The notes below the pieces were generated by a model that worked only from the letters and a program-made list of their open reading frames with translations, did not search any database and was not told the DNA's origin. From positions 2,144,001-2,208,000 of the forward strand of contig OZ241865.1 in NCBI GenBank assembly GCA_965203275.1: a stretch of 64,000 nt of DNA, written 5' to 3'. The DNA is from Bdellovibrionales bacterium (GTDB taxonomy: Bacteria > Bdellovibrionota > Bdellovibrionia > Bdellovibrionales > JAUICD01). Shown here one piece after another: positions 51,006 through 62,000 of the stretch (position 1 is the stretch's first letter; every line of letters starts with the position of its first letter). The position numbers and the translations under genes are program-made.

Positions 51006-51225
51006 GAAACTATCCCTAACCCCACCCCCCGCCCTTCGATTCTGCTTTTCCATTTGTATGTTTTTTATGAGTGGAATGCGGAGGCAGGCTTCCGAAGTCC
51101 TCAACCTTCGCTTGCTTTTGGAGAGCAAGCGGGTCTGCGGAAGATCTCCAGCCTGCCTCCGCCTCCCACTCATAATACTCATGCTTTTTTGAAAATTACG
51201 CAGAATCTAAAAAGAATAAAAAAAC
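51006..51225 (-). repeat. structured element family B, copy 2
   Basis: Reverse complement is colinear with 3481-3699 and has substituted but still paired stems. Confidence 0.8.
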
Positions 51226-51242
51226 AAAAAAACGAATGCTTT

Positions 51243-51812
51243 GTTTCCTTAACATGGTATAAAGAAATGAAGGGATCCTTTTTCTGGGATCCGGCAGTCG
51301 GGCAAACCGGCAACAGAAGGAACTTTTTCCTTAACATTTCACTCAAAATGCATCATGCCTCTGGCATGTTTTTGGGCAATGACCGCAAAGGCTTTCGCCT
51401 TTGACAAAATGGTCATTGCCTCAAAAATCTATGCATTTTGAGTAGAGGAGGATCTCCTTGCTTCTGACACCATGTTAGGGAAAATTTCTTTTATTATCTC
51501 AGGAGCAAGCAGGCTACTTGTCAATCTGGGATCTGGGATCCGGGATCCGGCAGACAGGCATCAGAAAGAACTCTTTTTCCCTAACATGTAGTTAAGAGAC
51601 AAAGAGATTCTTCCTACTCAAAGTGAACAGGCTTTTGAGGGCATCAGGCAGAAAAGGCATTTTGTTTCCTTAACATGGTGTTAAGAGATGAGGAGATCCT
51701 CCCTACTAAAAGTAAACGGACTTTTGAGGTGATGACCATTTTATCGACGACGACAGTCGTCGTGGTCATCGCCCAAAAGCAACCAGAGGTTGGTTTACTT
51801 TTAGGGAAACAA
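51243..51812. repeat. family A element cluster with GGATCCG heptamers
   Basis: Reverse full copy ~51340-51480, forward full copy ~51668-51810, plus partials. Confidence 0.9.
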
Positions 51813-51890
51813 CGCACGTATCTCTGAAAGAGGTACGTACGGGTAGATGAGGATCAACGAAGTTAGACAATAAAAGGCCCAAACGTCCAA

Positions 51891-52838
51891 ATGAAAAAAA
51901 TTATTATTACAACAGGTGACTGTGATGGCATTGGCAGTGAAATCACTGCTAAAGCCCTCAGCGAGTTAAAGGTACGAAATGATGTTCAGTTTTTTGTATG
52001 GCGATCTCCGCATTGTCCTTTGCCAGATATTCAACGTTTATCTCAATCAGCTTGGACTTATAAAAAAGTTTCTTGTTGGCAAGAAGCTTTAAAGGCATCC
52101 CCTCAATATACATTAATTGATATTGAAAGCCGGCTTTCACCAGTTGAATGGATTGAACAGTCTGCCTTAGAAGCTCAAAAAGGACTTGTGGATGCTTTAG
52201 TGACAGCCCCTCTATCTAAAGAAGTCATTCATTTACACAACCCATTAGATAAAGGCCATACAGATATTTTAAAAAGAGTTTGTCAAAATAAAAATCTTTT
52301 TATGTCCTTTATAGGTGAATACTTTGCTGTCTTGCTTTTAACAGATCATATTGCACTTTCTCAAGTATCCCAAAAACTCAATCAAAAGTGCATTGTTCAA
52401 GGATTGCTTTTTGCTAACCACTTGCAAAAAGCTTTTTTTAAAGACATAAAGCCTATAGGACTCTTAGGATTAAACCCACATGCTGGAGAAAATAACATTC
52501 TAGGGTGTGAAGAACAAAGTATATTTATACCTGCTTTAAAAGAAGCCCAAAAACAAATCAATGTAGAAGGACCTTTGGTCTCAGATGTGGTCTTTCAAGA
52601 AAAACATAGAGAAAGGTATAACGTATTTGTAGCAAGTTATCATGATCAAGGGCTAATCCCTTTCAAAAGCCTACATAAAAGCTACACAGGAACACAGGTC
52701 ACAATGGGATTGAACTTTATCAGGACAAGTGTAGATCATGGAACAGCTAAAGATATTTTTTCAAAAGACAAAGCTCAACATCAATCTATGATCAATGCCA
52801 TAAACAACACTCTTCGCCTATTAAAATCAGACGTTTGA
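51891..52838 (+). CDS. pdxA: 4-hydroxythreonine-4-phosphate dehydrogenase (PdxA family)
   Basis: GDCDGIGSE, GHTD, LNPHAGE, YHDQG and RTSVDHGTA motifs. Confidence 0.93.
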   Translation: MKKIIITTGDCDGIGSEITAKALSELKVRNDVQFFVWRSPHCPLPDIQRLSQSAWTYKKVSCWQEALKASPQYTLIDIESRLSPVEWIEQSALEAQKGLVDALVTAPLSKEVIHLHNPLDKGHTDILKRVCQNKNLFMSFIGEYFAVLLLTDHIALSQVSQKLNQKCIVQGLLFANHLQKAFFKDIKPIGLLGLNPHAGENNILGCEEQSIFIPALKEAQKQINVEGPLVSDVVFQEKHRERYNVFVASYHDQGLIPFKSLHKSYTGTQVTMGLNFIRTSVDHGTAKDIFSKDKAQHQSMINAINNTLRLLKSDV

Positions 52839-52850
52839 GTTAATCTTTGC

Positions 52851-53096
52851 CTAATTAACAACCTTTACCTTGATAGCACAAGGACCTTTGCGACCTTGGC
52901 CTACTTCAAACTCTACCTGATCCCCATCTTTAGGTTCGGCTCCATTGGTTTCAGAAACATGAAAGAATAAATCTTGACCAGATTCTTGCTTAATGAAACC
53001 AAAACCCTTTGAAGTATTAAAAAACTTCACTGTACCTTTTTGAAAGGCTTTTTCTTCTTTTTGTACTTCTTCTGCTTGCATCATAATCTTTATCAA
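52851..53096 (-). CDS. cold-shock protein (start may be 53084/53081)
   Basis: KGTVKFFN..KGFGFI and LFFHVS (RNP1/RNP2). Confidence 0.93.
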   Translation of the reverse strand: MIKIMMQAEEVQKEEKAFQKGTVKFFNTSKGFGFIKQESGQDLFFHVSETNGAEPKDGDQVEFEVGQGRKGPCAIKVKVVN

Positions 53097-53388
53097 TCCT
53101 TATATTAATAAGTTAAAATAAACACACATTAGCTTTATATAATAGTCACATTTAACATTTATATAGTTATAAAGTGACATTTATACAAAGCCCCTTAATT
53201 GAATGTGTATTGCATACTAAAATTAAAATATTGTCAATACTATTTATTAAATTCTTAAAATAAATATAACACAGTGTGTTAGGCTAAGCTTTATAAAGCC
53301 ATTGCCTTTATGGGTTGGGGGGAGGATATAGAGGTTCAAGACTTTGATCTCTTAAGTTTAAGTGAAATTTAAAACTGATTAAGTGAAA

Positions 53389-55794
53389 TTAAAACTGATG
53401 GGAAAAAACAGAAATCCATTGAGGGTCAGAAATGAGTGTTTTGACAGCAACTCTTTTTTGAGGCTCTCCTTGTAAGCTTTGAGCTTCTAAAATTAAAGAA
53501 TTAAGCCCTGGATCTACATTGAATAAAATAAATCCATCAGCAGGCATGTTTAATGAACTTTCATCATAAGAACTTTCAAATGCATTAAAATAAATAATCT
53601 CTGTAGAAGTATTAACATCTTCCATATAAACTCTAAAAGGTAAAGAATTGGCAATATACCCCACAATCGTTGACAAATTAGGATTTTGAGTCATTTTATG
53701 TTGAGCTTTTATTTGATGAAGCCATGATCGCTGAATCACTGGGAATGAAATGGCTTTTTTATTACGGTGAGAAGTTAAAATCATCTGATGATATTTTTTT
53801 AAATCGTCAGGTTTTAACTCAAAATACAAAGGGTCTGCATTTTGGAAAAAATTAAGCTTGAAGTGTCCTGAGGATGTGATCACACTCTTTGTATCTTCTG
53901 ATCCTAAATAATTAACTTGTGCAGCTAAAAAATCCCCTGTTTGACTGTCAAAAACACAGGCATCAGCTTCTTGCTTGGGTGTTATTTCCATCTGTATACT
54001 AGAAATATAAGCCCTATCTACCCATAGAACTTTTGAAGGGATAAAATATCCAGCTCCCTGTCCTCTCAATAAATGAATTCCTGGTGGCACGTTCACATAA
54101 ACAAAATAACCTGCATTCGTAGTCGCTCTATCTTTTACAAATTGACCATTTTCTGTTAAATAATAAATATCTCCTACATCAGCTAGCTCTAAGGATACAC
54201 CTTCAAGACCTTGACCATCTTTGATGACTCTACCCCAAATCATACCCAAATCTAAACTCAAGTTGGGTATGCTGTCTTGAAGAGATATGAGAAGCTTTTT
54301 ATTGGGTATTTGCCAATCTTGAGCTTGATCATTTGTTGACCAAACAAGGGCATTCCACAAACCTTGTGTATACATCCTAGTAATAAAACTAGAATCAGAG
54401 AATATTTCAGGGATAGAAAATAAACCATTTTTATCAAGTTTTGTGATTTTTCCAATATTTTCTATTTCTGCGAGGATAGAAGTATCTGGAATATTATTTC
54501 CTTGCCCATCAATGCTGACAACTCTTATAGCGGGTACTTGATTTGAAGGTTCTACCTCTAAATTAATCTGTGTAGTATCTTCTAATTGAGATGGTAAATC
54601 TTCTTTTGCATTCTTTTTAAAAAAATCTCTTAATAATACTTGCGAAGATCCTCTTAAAATACCATCTCTACTTCTTAACTGTGCCAATAATAATCCAAAA
54701 GAAGGATCTTCTATATCAATGGTAAAATGACCTTTACCTAAATCAATATCTGCTGTTTGAACAATGGAGCAACCTTTGACATAAGCTACATTTAAATCAT
54801 CATCTTCTAATAATCCAAGTCCATTAGATAACGTAATATGTCCTGAAACTTTTATTGGAGTGGAAGAAATAAATGCATCGGGAGCAGAGTCTAAAGAAGT
54901 AGCCATAGTTGTCATACCAGCCATAGTCGTCATACTAGCCATAGCAGTTAAGTTTTTTGATGTTTTGTTCTGAAAATTATCATTGTTTAATTGTTTTGTA
55001 TCTTGATCTTGATTTAGAGGATTGATACGAGTGTTTTGAGAGATCAGCGAGGGTGAAGGTTGAGGGATAGGTTTTTGATCAGGAAGACCAACCCACACAT
55101 TACCAACCCATTTTTGTGGAGGCATAGCGACCTGTGTATTTTGATCATTGAGGAGATTTCTTTGATGGTTTATAGAAGTATCAACGTGAGAGGCCAATGC
55201 TTCCTCTGAAGATGTTGTATCTATAGCTTGTGTGTAAGCAAACCACCTTTTTTCAAAATTAGAAAGTGGCTTTGTTGAGATATTTGTTGATGGCAAAGAT
55301 TGTGCTTTATTTAAAGCGACTATGTTTTTTTGTATCTTTTGATAAATAGGTCTTTCTTCTGAAGAATAAGATAAATTAATGCCTTTAAGATATAAAGTCC
55401 TGAGAGGTTTTGATTGTAGAGAATTTTCTTTACTTTCTTGCAGGTTAATTAAAAGAGGTTTTTGAATATGTAAAATATGTTCTGGAAAGTCTAATTTTTG
55501 GGATGCTAAACGCAATACTGATAAAGGCTTTGGAGCGACTGGAGCAATTGGAGTGACTGGAGCGGAATGAGAAGGGATTTTTTGAACTTCAAAAGAGGGA
55601 TTGATCATTTCATCTTCTAGGGCTATAAAAGGCGGAGTGTTACGATTGATTTGAACCTTTATGCTATTTTTAATATGTTTTGTATTTTGGTCATCTAATA
55701 AATAAGATGGGGAAAACCAAAAAACAAAAAATGGCATAAAAAGAAAAAATATCTCATGCACATAAGCTTTTAAAAAATACTGAACGTGGTTCAT
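53389..55794 (-). CDS. large hypothetical protein with C-terminal beta-sandwich (carboxypeptidase-regulatory-like) domains
   Basis: N-terminal TM, low-complexity linker, GMIWGRV...GYFVYVNVPPG. Confidence 0.7.
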   Translation of the reverse strand: MNHVQYFLKAYVHEIFFLFMPFFVFWFSPSYLLDDQNTKHIKNSIKVQINRNTPPFIALEDEMINPSFEVQKIPSHSAPVTPIAPVAPKPLSVLRLASQKLDFPEHILHIQKPLLINLQESKENSLQSKPLRTLYLKGINLSYSSEERPIYQKIQKNIVALNKAQSLPSTNISTKPLSNFEKRWFAYTQAIDTTSSEEALASHVDTSINHQRNLLNDQNTQVAMPPQKWVGNVWVGLPDQKPIPQPSPSLISQNTRINPLNQDQDTKQLNNDNFQNKTSKNLTAMASMTTMAGMTTMATSLDSAPDAFISSTPIKVSGHITLSNGLGLLEDDDLNVAYVKGCSIVQTADIDLGKGHFTIDIEDPSFGLLLAQLRSRDGILRGSSQVLLRDFFKKNAKEDLPSQLEDTTQINLEVEPSNQVPAIRVVSIDGQGNNIPDTSILAEIENIGKITKLDKNGLFSIPEIFSDSSFITRMYTQGLWNALVWSTNDQAQDWQIPNKKLLISLQDSIPNLSLDLGMIWGRVIKDGQGLEGVSLELADVGDIYYLTENGQFVKDRATTNAGYFVYVNVPPGIHLLRGQGAGYFIPSKVLWVDRAYISSIQMEITPKQEADACVFDSQTGDFLAAQVNYLGSEDTKSVITSSGHFKLNFFQNADPLYFELKPDDLKKYHQMILTSHRNKKAISFPVIQRSWLHQIKAQHKMTQNPNLSTIVGYIANSLPFRVYMEDVNTSTEIIYFNAFESSYDESSLNMPADGFILFNVDPGLNSLILEAQSLQGEPQKRVAVKTLISDPQWISVFSHQF

Positions 55795-55845
55795 GCCTTA
55801 CCTTTTATGTTGATATTTTGTTTGAAGTATATTCTTTAAAAGTAT

Positions 55846-56331
55846 TTAAAAAGCACGGAAGTTGTCAATAATATCCCAGTTTTCATTTGCCTTTTCTATG
55901 TAATCATAAATCATCTGCCCTAGCCTTTTAGCTATTTCACCACTTCGGCCCATAGACATCCATTTTCCAGCAGTTAAGTCTCTTTGTGAATAAAATCCTT
56001 TGGAATCTTTAGATGCACGGGGACGAATTTCTATATATACCTTGAGGATTAAGTGATAAGGACGGCGATCTCCTAAAATCCAAGCACGGGCGTAAGCTCT
56101 ATAAACTCTATATTTAGATGATTTGTATTCGGGCTTATAATCACCTGGGCGAAAGTATTGGGATTGTATTTCACGATGGTTTTTGCTAACCCATTTTACA
56201 CCTTCAGGCATATTCCTCTTTACAGCAGATTGAATAAAATTTAAAGAACGATTAAGATCTCTTTTAGAATAATAAGAAACACAACCAGTCAATAATAAAC
56301 AACAGAAAAGACAAAAAACACTTTTATACAT
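55846..56331 (-). CDS. hypothetical lipoprotein
   Basis: LTGC lipobox. Confidence 0.75.
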   Translation of the reverse strand: MYKSVFCLFCCLLLTGCVSYYSKRDLNRSLNFIQSAVKRNMPEGVKWVSKNHREIQSQYFRPGDYKPEYKSSKYRVYRAYARAWILGDRRPYHLILKVYIEIRPRASKDSKGFYSQRDLTAGKWMSMGRSGEIAKRLGQMIYDYIEKANENWDIIDNFRAF

Positions 56332-56492
56332 AAATTGATTGTATCGTTATAATAGTTATTGATACAAATAATCAAAGCTTGTGAAAAAGAAAAACCTTTT
56401 GTAAAGTAGACCTTAGTCTACTTGCTTTACAATAATGAGCATTTAGAAATTTAAAAAATATCATTAGAGTACAAAAAACAAGAGGATCTAAA

Positions 56493-57257
56493 ATGAACGA
56501 GATATTAAAAGATAAAACATTACAACACAACAAAGTATTAGATGATCAAAAAGTGCTTTCTATCTTAGAGAGCATTTTGTTTTTTTCTGATCGTCCTGTG
56601 ACTTTAGAATCTATACAATATGCTTTTGAGGGAACAAATGTAGATCTTAAAAAAATTAAAGCAAGTCTTAAGGAATATAGCAACTTGTTACTAGAATCAA
56701 ATAGAGGTATTTATTTAGAGCAAATTGCTAGTGGTTATCAACTAAGAACAAAAAAAGATAATGTAGAATTTTTGAAAAAGCTTAAAAAGACAAAAGCCTT
56801 TCGATTGACAGCTTCGTCTTTAGAAGTGTTAGCTATTATTGCTTATGAACAACCTTGTATTAAAGCAAGGATTGATGAAGTTCGCTCTGTGGATTCAGGG
56901 CATTTACTCAGAGGTTTGATGGATAAAGGGCTTGTGGCTTTCTATGGCAAAAGTGATCTACCTGGAAAACCTATGCTTTATAAAACCACAAAGAAATTTT
57001 TAGAAGTTTTTGGATTAAAAAACCTCAAACAACTACCAGCTATGAACGAAATTGACAGCTTATTACCTGAAGGCATGCTGGAGGAACAAGACCAACAAGC
57101 AGATCAATTACCTCCCCTTGCTGATTTGTCTCAGGATTTAAAGAAAAAAACAAATAGCTTTGATAAAAATAAAGAAGATTATAAAGAGACAGAACAAAAG
57201 CTTAAAAAAGTGACACAAGAGTTATTAAAAGTGCAGGTCCCTCCATTGACTCCTTAA
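56493..57257 (+). CDS. scpB: SMC-Scp complex subunit ScpB
   Basis: GYQLRT, LEVLAIIAYEQP and PGKPMLYKTTKKFLEVFGL motifs. Confidence 0.95.
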   Translation: MNEILKDKTLQHNKVLDDQKVLSILESILFFSDRPVTLESIQYAFEGTNVDLKKIKASLKEYSNLLLESNRGIYLEQIASGYQLRTKKDNVEFLKKLKKTKAFRLTASSLEVLAIIAYEQPCIKARIDEVRSVDSGHLLRGLMDKGLVAFYGKSDLPGKPMLYKTTKKFLEVFGLKNLKQLPAMNEIDSLLPEGMLEEQDQQADQLPPLADLSQDLKKKTNSFDKNKEDYKETEQKLKKVTQELLKVQVPPLTP

Positions 57258-57311
57258 AGAGTGTTAAGACCTTATCGCATTTTGTTAAGAGGCTTATGGA
57301 TTAAAAAGAGA

Positions 57312-57668
57312 TTATTTATTGGATAGATGAGTTAATAACTCAAATATCTTATCAAGACGTTGATTGACGAGATCAAATCTTTGATTGGTTTGTTTTGCAT
57401 TGTCATCAATCTTTTGATTAAGTTCTTTTGCATTGTCATCAATTTTCTGATTAAGTGCCTTCATGTTGTCTTCTAGTCTTTTAATTTTATCTTCTAGTCC
57501 TCTAATTTTATCATCTAGCCCTCTAATTTGTGAAGGTAGATGATTATACAGCTGTAACTTAACACCTCCAGCTAAATAACATAAATAAAAAGCTGAAAAA
57601 AGAAGGAAAAGATGGATACTCTCTTTTGAAATAGTGAATAAAGACTCAAACCATTCTGGAAAACTCAT
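57312..57668 (-). CDS. TM + coiled-coil repeat protein (Bdr-like), paralogue 1
   Basis: NHLPSQIRGL plus 11-aa KIDDNAKELNQ repeats. Confidence 0.75.
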   Translation of the reverse strand: MSFPEWFESLFTISKESIHLFLLFSAFYLCYLAGGVKLQLYNHLPSQIRGLDDKIRGLEDKIKRLEDNMKALNQKIDDNAKELNQKIDDNAKQTNQRFDLVNQRLDKIFELLTHLSNK

Positions 57669-58033
57669 ATTTTAAAATCTCCTGTTTTTGTAAAGTGAAG
57701 AAAAGTTCATCCGTATTTATATGACTTTTATTTTATTATACCTTATTTAAGGGAAAAATCAACAGGTAGTGATAAATTATGATGCATTGTCGCAAATTGC
57801 CATAAAATCCATTAGATTGCTATTGTTCAGGACAGGAAAAGTATCTGAAATTGGCAAAAAGCACATTCTAAGGCTCATTTACCAACCAGGGCGATCACCA
57901 CCCACTTACACGAGCTCTTTAATCCAGAGAAGCTCCCACCATAAAGCAAATTAAAGTTGTGAAACGGATTAAGTTATTATAAAGCGTAATACCTTATCGC
58001 ATTTTGTTAAAAGTCTTATGGTTTAAAAAGAGA

Positions 58034-58465
58034 TTATTTATTTGGAAGATTAGTTAATAACTCAAATATCTTATCAAGACGTTGATTGACATGATCAAAT
58101 TTTTGATTGGTTTGTTTTGCATTGTCGTCAATTTTTTGATTGAGTTCCTTTGCATTGTTATCAATTTTTTGATTGAGCTCCTTTGCATTGTCGTCAACTT
58201 TCTTATCTAATGCCTGAATTTTATCTTCTAGTCTTTTAATGTTGTCATCAACTTTCTGATCCAGTGCCTTAATGTTGTCTTCTAGTCTTCTAATTTTATC
58301 TTCTAGTCCTCTAATTTGTGAGGGTAGATGATTGGTGACTTGTTCTTTAATCTCATTTTTAAAATCCTCGATCCTTTGTTCAATAGGTCTGATATAAAAT
58401 CTCACAATTCCAACTAAGCTACCAAAAAAAACCATGATAGTTACAAGTATTTGTAAAAGCTCCAT
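58034..58465 (-). CDS. TM + coiled-coil repeat protein (Bdr-like), paralogue 2
   Basis: Same C-terminus as paralogue 1 with more repeats and a different N-terminus; GGAGG RBS. Confidence 0.8.
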   Translation of the reverse strand: MELLQILVTIMVFFGSLVGIVRFYIRPIEQRIEDFKNEIKEQVTNHLPSQIRGLEDKIRRLEDNIKALDQKVDDNIKRLEDKIQALDKKVDDNAKELNQKIDNNAKELNQKIDDNAKQTNQKFDHVNQRLDKIFELLTNLPNK

Positions 58466-59072
58466 TTAAAACCTCCTGTTTTTGTAAAGTGAAGAAAAGT
58501 TCAAACTATTCGTAATTTATATGACTTTTATTTTATTATACCTTATTTAAGGGAAAAATCAACAGGTAGTGATAAATTATGATGCATTGCCACAAATTGC
58601 CATAAAATCCAGTAGATTGTTATTGTTCAGGACAGGGAAAGTATCTGAAATTGGCAAAAAGCAAACAAAGCACACTCTAAAGCCAACCAGAGCCATCACC
58701 ACCCACTTACACGAGTTCTTTAATTCAGAGAAGCTCCACACAATTGAAAGCCTCTTTTGTCTCAAAATAAGAATGATCATCCAACGCATCCATCCAATGC
58801 CCCAATGCCAATCCAACGCCAACGCATCCAGTCCATTAACTTAAGCCAAAAGCCCTGGTAATAAATATTTTTATCAATAGTCTATTAACAAAGTTAAAAA
58901 CCCTTTAACTTCCTTAGTTTTTTTAATATCCTTTCATATCTTCTGCTATCCTCTAATATCAAAACATGGACTTTTAACCTAAAGCCCAACACAGACTGAA
59001 AGTATAGTAATCATTCAAAAAGTTTACACATAAAAGAATCTTTGAGAAAATATCATAAAAGGTGGTGAATCC

Positions 59073-62000
59073 ATGACAAATCAAAAAATTTTATCACAAT
59101 TACATTCAATCAGTGTTTTAATTTTATCTTTTGTATTCATATCCTGCGGAAGCGATAAGAATAACAATAATAATAATTTTAATAATAATATAGAGATCAA
59201 CGTAACAGGCTTATCAAATGATACCAAAGCTTTGAGAAATAAAGAGTGGCGATGGGGTTGTGAGGAATATAATAAAACAGACAAAAAGAAAAAAGCAAGT
59301 GATTGCACTTATCGACATGCTATCAATCAAAAGACCACTCATAAATTTGCTAGCAACGTAAAATATGACGATACAAGAAAAGCCACAAGAAAAGGTGAAT
59401 CTAAAGATGATCGCACAAAATATTATATTCATGTTCAGGCAAAAGCTAAAAGCAATATAGTATCAAAAATCAAAAGTGTTTATACTCTATTAGATACAAC
59501 CCCACCACAAGCTCTCAAGTCTTCTAATGTAAAAGCTCCAACTGGCAGAAGCACCGGGAAGACTTTTAGAGTGACTGTGAATGGTCTTAAAACGGGCGAC
59601 ACAGTGACTATTTATGCACCCCCCCCCCCCCCCCCCCCCCCTCAAATTTCCTAGGATTACGCTTTCTAGCCTCTCTCTTAGGTCGTAGGAATACAGAAGG
59701 TTCGAATTGTGTATCTGGTAATGCAGTAGGTAAAGCGACAGTATCTAGTGGCACTTCTGTTGTAGTAACGGTCACAGCAAGGGAAGGGACAAGTAGCTAT
59801 CACGCTCAAGTCGTGGATGAAGCAGGTAATAGAGGCCCATGTAGCCAGGTCTTTGAACATACAAATACTGGCGGAATTTTAGAGGTGACAGGGCTTACAA
59901 CTGACAAAAACCCCCGTAGGTTTAAAAGCTGGGAGTGGGGTTGCACTACAGAAAAGACCTTGCCTTGTGAATATCGTCATACAATTAATAATAAAGCGAC
60001 TCATTTATTTGATAGTAAGGCGACTTACTCTGCTAATAATAGAGCCAACACAACAGGCAAGAGCAACAACCTGTGGTATTTACATGTTCAAGCTAAAAAT
60101 ACAAAGAGAGAATCAAACGTCAAATCAGTTTCTGTGAGAATTGACAGAACAAAACCGGCAACTCCAAATTCAGGTTCGGTCACTTATAGAGTCATCGATA
60201 GTAGGCTCCATTCTTTGGAAGTGACATTTGAAGACCTTCTCTTAAATGATCGTGTTGAACTATATAATAGATCAAATTGTCAGGGTAATGCTTTAGGTAA
60301 AAGAACTGTTGGCAGTGATAATCGAGCCGTCATCACATTTAAAGCAACAGGCAATCGTCAAAAATACTATGCTAAAGTTATAGATAAAGCAAACAATAGC
60401 AGTGGGTGCGGTGCGGTGTTCACTTATCCTGATAATGTGTTGCCTGTTCTGCCTGCTGTGACAGGTCTGACAAATGATGACGTCCCACGACAGATAAAAA
60501 GATGGACGTGGGGATGTACTACAGAAGCCACCCATCCATGTGACTATAGATATGAAATAAACGACGACGCTATTTTAGACAGCGATGCCATTCGGGAATT
60601 TAATAAGAGGACTTACTCTAATGGAAACAGTGCGAGTACTAATGAAGAGGGAGATTGGTATTTACATGTTCAGGCTAGAAATAGGGCAGGTGAATCAAGC
60701 ATAAAGTCTGTCTCCGCTGAAGTGGATAGAACGCCACCTAAAACTCCAACTTCAAATTCTATGAGTTTTGTGTCTTCAGATAATCATAGGCTAACAGTGA
60801 CCTTTAGTGATAGTGGAATTCTACAAGGGGAACGTATTTCTATTTATAATGTGTCGGACTGTCGGGGACGTACTTTAGGAAGTGAACCAATGGCCAATAA
60901 CAATAGGGCCGTGATCACGTTTACAGCAACGAGCAGTCGTCAAAAATACTATGCTCAGGTTGTAGATGTAGCAGGCAATAAGGGCGGATGTGGGTTTATA
61001 TTTTCTTATCCTTCCGTGCCTGCTGTTGTGCCGGTAGTCACAGGTCTAACAAATGATGACGTCCCTCGACAGACAAAAAGATGGACGTGGGGTTGTAGTG
61101 GTTGCACTTATCGACATGCAATTAATCGAAATAGAACCCATACTTTTGAAAGTGGAGATGCTTATAGCACAACCCATGAGGCGACTAAAGGTGCAAGTCG
61201 TAGTGATGATGGCAGATGGTATATCCATGTACAGGCCAAAACAACCGAGGGTGGAGAATCAAGGGTAAGAACTGTTTATGCAAGGATAGATAGAACTCCA
61301 CCGGCTACACCGACTAAAAATTCAATAGTGTATGATGTGCTAAGGGAAGATGGAGTTGATAAACTTATGATTCAATTTTCAGACCTGGACATGGGTGATA
61401 CAGTAAAGGTTTATACAATAAGAAATGGCGGACCAAGTTCTCTCAAGGGTACGGCAACGGTTGACAGTGATGAGACCTTTATAAAATTTCGAGCACCAAT
61501 AGGTGCTACCAATTATACTGATTATTGTGTACAGGTGATTGATCAAGCTAAGAATGCAAGTACCTGTAATCTTATTTTGACGTACCCTGCCCGACCCCCT
61601 CAAATTGTTTTAACAACTCCAGTGCTAAATGAATCAAAAAACTATTTACATGATAGACCAACGTTTACAGTGGAAAAGGCAAGTGGCCATAAAATTGAAC
61701 TTTATGCTGATAGTGGTACCGGTGATGATGCTTGCGAAAATGCCAACTGCTGTAATGCTAGAGGTCATGTAGAAAAAGTTGCTGATAAAACCTGTCCTAC
61801 TACGGAGCCATGTACAATCAAGGTAGATGCAGATGAACTTTCTTATCCCGAAGGTGTAGATTATGAAACTTATAAATTCTATGTGAAAAAAGAATATGAC
61901 GGGCCTGATAGAGTTAAAGCATTTAAATGTTCCACAGAGGCAACAGAAAAAGCAAATGTAGTTTATAACCTGTGGCCTTATAATCCATTAGACTTAGGTG

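Larger units (their letters stand above)
57269..58740. repeat. tandem duplication of the gene with its downstream and ~270 bp upstream flanks
   Basis: ~57269-57940 is colinear with ~57991-58740 except for the N-terminal coding segment. Confidence 0.85.

Noticed and set aside
53358..53398. ~21-bp tandem duplication at the 3' end of the 801-aa gene
   Set aside because: Probably local slippage; no integrated element is associated.
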